A DNA stretch of 64,000 bases, from positions 524,769 to 588,768 of the forward strand of contig OZ244779.1 of assembly GCA_965219575.1 (NCBI GenBank), in the 5' to 3' direction. A program made the position numbers and the translations under genes. The stretch comes from Candidatus Oxydemutatoraceae bacterium (GTDB taxonomy: Bacteria > Pseudomonadota > Gammaproteobacteria > Poriferisulfidales > Oxydemutatoraceae). This document shows, piece after piece, positions 60,531-64,000 of this stretch (positions are counted from its first letter, which is position 1; each line of letters opens with the position of its first letter). The notes beneath the pieces are model-generated. The model did not search any database. It was given only the letters and a program-made list of their open reading frames with translations, and had not been told where the DNA came from.

Positions 60531-61571
60531 GTGGTCATCTCGGATCGTTTATTGAAATGGTATGCCCGTGCCGGGCGAACCGATTTGCCCTGGCAACGCA
60601 AGGTGTCGGCTTATCGGGTGTGGGTCTCCGAAATCATGCTTCAACAAACGCAGGTGCAAACGGTCATACCGTATTATCGTCGCTTCATCAATCGTTTTCC
60701 GAGTCTCAGATCGCTAGCCGATGCGCCTTTGTCGGAGGTGATCGAACACTGGGCAGGGTTGGGATACTATGCGCGCGCTAGAAATTTACACCGCACGGCG
60801 CGCCTGATAAGAAAACATCACGGTGGTCGTTTTCCGAAAGATAAAAATACTTTGATGGAATTGCCCGGTATCGGTCGTTCTACCGCAGGTGCAATCCTAG
60901 CACTTAGCTATAACCAAAGGCATCCCATTCTGGACGGCAATGTCAAACGCGTACTCGCCCGTCATGCCGATATTGCAGGGTGGCCGGGAACGGCATCGGT
61001 GAACCGTGCTTTGTGGGAACAAGCGGAGGAATATTTGCCGGAACAAAACATAGCACAATATACGCAAGCACTGATGGATTTGGGGGCAATGATATGCACA
61101 AAAACACAACCTCGATGCGCACTTTGCCCGATCTCGTCGGATTGCCTTGCCAGAAAAGCCGGGCGTATAGCCGAACGTCCTCAGCCACCGCCGACAAAAA
61201 TAAAACCACACCGCCATATATTTATGTTAATGGCAATATACAAAGACCGTCTTTTGCTCGAGCGCAGACCGATGTCGGGAATATGGGGTGGATTATTGAG
61301 TTTCCCGGAGATGGGTAGCGAAAAGGAAGCCAGAGCATGGTGTCGAAGACGGCTCGGATACATTCGAAACGCAAGGTGTCTGCCGTCGTTCAAACATCAA
61401 TTTACCCATTTCTCATTGACCATAACACCTTTAGAGGCAAGGCTTTCAAAAATTCATTCGCAAATAAGCGAGGAAAATCACCTCGTTTGGTGTAAACTTT
61501 TATCCTCAATCAACGGTGTGCCTGCACCCGTTAAGAAACTGATAACACAACTGCAAAAAACTAAAAGATAG
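60531..61571 (+). CDS. mutY: A/G-specific adenine glycosylase
   Basis: WVSEIMLQQTQV, LPGIGRSTAGAI, DGNVKRV, Fe-S cluster Cys motif. Confidence 0.97.
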   Translation: MVISDRLLKWYARAGRTDLPWQRKVSAYRVWVSEIMLQQTQVQTVIPYYRRFINRFPSLRSLADAPLSEVIEHWAGLGYYARARNLHRTARLIRKHHGGRFPKDKNTLMELPGIGRSTAGAILALSYNQRHPILDGNVKRVLARHADIAGWPGTASVNRALWEQAEEYLPEQNIAQYTQALMDLGAMICTKTQPRCALCPISSDCLARKAGRIAERPQPPPTKIKPHRHIFMLMAIYKDRLLLERRPMSGIWGGLLSFPEMGSEKEARAWCRRRLGYIRNARCLPSFKHQFTHFSLTITPLEARLSKIHSQISEENHLVWCKLLSSINGVPAPVKKLITQLQKTKR

Positions 61572-61574
61572 ACG

Positions 61575-61847
61575 ATGACCCGCAAAGTTCACTGTTTGAA
61601 ACTAGGGAAAGAAGCCGAAGGCTTGGATTATGTGCCTTATCCGGGTGAACTCGGACAACGTGTTTACGATAATATCAGCGCGCAAGTGTGGGAACAATGG
61701 GTCAACCATCAAACCATGTTGATCAACGAGTATCGTCTCACCCCGATGGAACCTAAAGCGCGCAAATTCCTCGAGGATGAGATGGAAAAATTTCTGTTCG
61801 GTGAAGGCTCCGAAAAACCCAAGGAGTTTGTCGACCCGAATGAATAG
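61575..61847 (+). CDS. yggX: Fe(II)-trafficking/oxidative damage protection protein
   Basis: [24 protein letters not shown]; follows mutY. Confidence 0.95.
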   Translation: MTRKVHCLKLGKEAEGLDYVPYPGELGQRVYDNISAQVWEQWVNHQTMLINEYRLTPMEPKARKFLEDEMEKFLFGEGSEKPKEFVDPNE

Positions 61848-61892
61848 TCGTCTTGGACGATGATGCTAAATATTCGGCAACCATAACGGCAC

Positions 61893-61968
<76 letters not shown>

Positions 61969-62035
61969 TCGTTGTGAAACCCGTTTGCGACTATCCGACC
62001 CGGTGCATTTATAGACTATAAAATGAAGTAAGGAA

Positions 62036-64000
62036 ATGGCAACAAAACTAGTATTGGTAGACGGCACCGCTTATCTATATCGTGCGTATCACGCACTGCC
62101 ACCTTTAACCGGGCCTGCAGGACAACCGACCGGGGCGGTCTTCGGCGTAGGGAAAATGTTAAAAGCACTGATTAGGCAAGAGACACCCGATTATTTTGCG
62201 GTCGTGCTCGATGCGCACGGCAAAACCTTCAGACACGAGCTGTACCCCCCGTATAAAGCGCAAAGACCACCGGCACCGGAGGATTTAATTGCCCAATCGG
62301 ATACCTTGAAATACCTCATCGAAGAGCAAGGTTACCCTTTATTGGAAGTCGCCGGTGTAGAAGCGGACGATGTCATCGGCACGCTGGCTCGCAGTGCCGA
62401 AGCGGCAGGTTGGGAGGTACTAATCTCTACCGGCGATAAAGATATGGCTCAGTTGATCTCCGAGCGTATCACCTTAGTTGATACGATGAAAAATCAACGC
62501 ATCGACTCCGATGCAATACAAAAGAAATTCGGTGTGCTACCGGAGCAGATAATCGACTACCTAGCTTTGGCAGGAGACAGTGCCGATAATATTCCCGGAG
62601 TTGTCGGTGTGGGACCTAAAACCGCGGCGAAATGGCTTTGCGAATATCAAAACCTAGACGAAGTTATCGCACACGCAGACTCCATCACCGGCAAGGGCGG
62701 CAAAGCCTTGCAAGATGCGCTGCCCAAGCTACCTCTTTATAAAGATTTGGTGACCATACGCTGCGATATAACTCTGGATCACACGATTGATCAGTTAAAA
62801 ATTACTGCGCCCGCACACGAACGGTTAATCGCTTTCTACCGTGAATACGGATTTACCCAATGGCTCAAAGAGGAATCCGACGAACCTGTCAACTCGGTCG
62901 CCGAGCCGAGCGCACCGACCGCACATCCTAAATATCAACTGATTTTGACGCAAAACACATTGGACGATTGGTTGAAAAAACTAAAGTCAGCAGACTGCTT
63001 TGCACTCGATATAGAAACGACGAGTCTGGATTATATGCAAGCGCAGATCGTGGGATTATCGTTTGCGGTTGCTGCCGGCGAAGCCGCCTATCTGCCTGTG
63101 GCACACGATTATTGCGGTGCGCCTAAGCAGTTGTCCGTGGCTTCGGTTTTAGCACAACTGCGTCCCTTATTAGAAGATCGAAAAATCGGCAAATTAGGAC
63201 ATAACCTTAAATACGATATGGAAGTACTGCTGAACTACGGCATTTGTTTACAGGGCATCAGACACGATTCTATGTTGGAGTCGTACGCCTATAATTCGGT
63301 TGCAAGCAGGCATAACCTAAAAGAGCTCGCATACAAATACCTCAATATTCGGATGCAAACATACGAAGATATCACCGGCAAAGGTGTCAAGCAGAGGCCT
63401 TTTGCACAGATTGCGGTGAGAACCGCCGCAGAATACGCCGCAGCCGATGCCGATTATAGCTTGCAACTACATGAATATTTTCACCCCCGATTGAAAAAAA
63501 CCGCACCGTTGCTTAAGGTCTACGAGGAAATAGAAATGCCGTTGTTGCCGGTAATCGCCGAGATAGAACGCACCGGCGTGTTGATCGATGCCGACCGCTT
63601 GTCCGAACACAGCCGTGAATTGCAAGAGGCAATCTCGCAAACCGAACGACAAATTTATCAACTGGCAGGACACGATTTTAATATCGCCTCACCCAAACAA
63701 ATACAAACCGTACTGTTCGACGAAGCGAAACTGCCGGTGATTAGCAAAACCCCCAAGGGCCAAGCCTCTACCTCCGAAGACGTGCTACAAGAACTCGCCC
63801 ACGACCATGAACTCCCGAGATTGATCTTGCATCACCGCTCGCTCAGCAAACTAAAATCAACCTACACCGACAAACTGCCGCAGCTGATCAATGCCGAGAC
63901 CGGGCGAGTACATACCTCTTATCACCAAGCGGTTACCTCAACCGGACGCTTATCATCGTCCGACCCCAACCTGCAAAACATTCCTATCAGAACCGCCGAA
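62036..64000 (+). CDS. polA: DNA polymerase I (runs off the window end)
   Basis: LVDG.AYLYRAYHA, EADD, TGDKD, GDSADNIPG, DIETT, TGRLSSSDPNLQNIP; absent from the ORF track because no stop lies in the window. Confidence 0.97.
   Translation, partial: MATKLVLVDGTAYLYRAYHALPPLTGPAGQPTGAVFGVGKMLKALIRQETPDYFAVVLDAHGKTFRHELYPPYKAQRPPAPEDLIAQSDTLKYLIEEQGYPLLEVAGVEADDVIGTLARSAEAAGWEVLISTGDKDMAQLISERITLVDTMKNQRIDSDAIQKKFGVLPEQIIDYLALAGDSADNIPGVVGVGPKTAAKWLCEYQNLDEVIAHADSITGKGGKALQDALPKLPLYKDLVTIRCDITLDHTIDQLKITAPAHERLIAFYREYGFTQWLKEESDEPVNSVAEPSAPTAHPKYQLILTQNTLDDWLKKLKSADCFALDIETTSLDYMQAQIVGLSFAVAAGEAAYLPVAHDYCGAPKQLSVASVLAQLRPLLEDRKIGKLGHNLKYDMEVLLNYGICLQGIRHDSMLESYAYNSVASRHNLKELAYKYLNIRMQTYEDITGKGVKQRPFAQIAVRTAAEYAAADADYSLQLHEYFHPRLKKTAPLLKVYEEIEMPLLPVIAEIERTGVLIDADRLSEHSRELQEAISQTERQIYQLAGHDFNIASPKQIQTVLFDEAKLPVISKTPKGQASTSEDVLQELAHDHELPRLILHHRSLSKLKSTYTDKLPQLINAETGRVHTSYHQAVTSTGRLSSSDPNLQNIPIRTAE

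Overview
Gammaproteobacterial chromosome segment, probably from a sulfur oxidiser (the window opens in a dsrP-like gene). The housekeeping backbone comprises lipA/lipB, an aminotransferase, five tRNAs (Asn, His, Arg, Pro, Phe), def-fmt, an ftsN-like gene, argS, priA, topA, mutY, yggX and polA. There are two accessory regions. (1) About 10.3-28.5 kb: a PFGI-1/SPI-7-class (MPF-G) type IV secretion gene set with no coupling protein, relaxase or integrase in the window. It ends in a tandem duplication of traU plus a PBECR2-like ribonuclease gene. Each nuclease gene is met head-on by a conserved 99-nt element with an extended -10 motif, covarying stems and a loop-loop pairing; this candidate RNA antitoxin is the top finding. 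(2) About 31-47.6 kb: an AT-rich defence-type island with SspB/SspC/SspD-like phosphorothioation genes, a DUF262-HNH nuclease, a frameshifted TPR-DUF2971 gene, DUF1828, a frameshifted Rpn and a NucS-like gene. Intergenic regions are heavily colonised by a modular REP/MITE-like repeat family. All family assignments come from motif recognition by eye; no searches were run.
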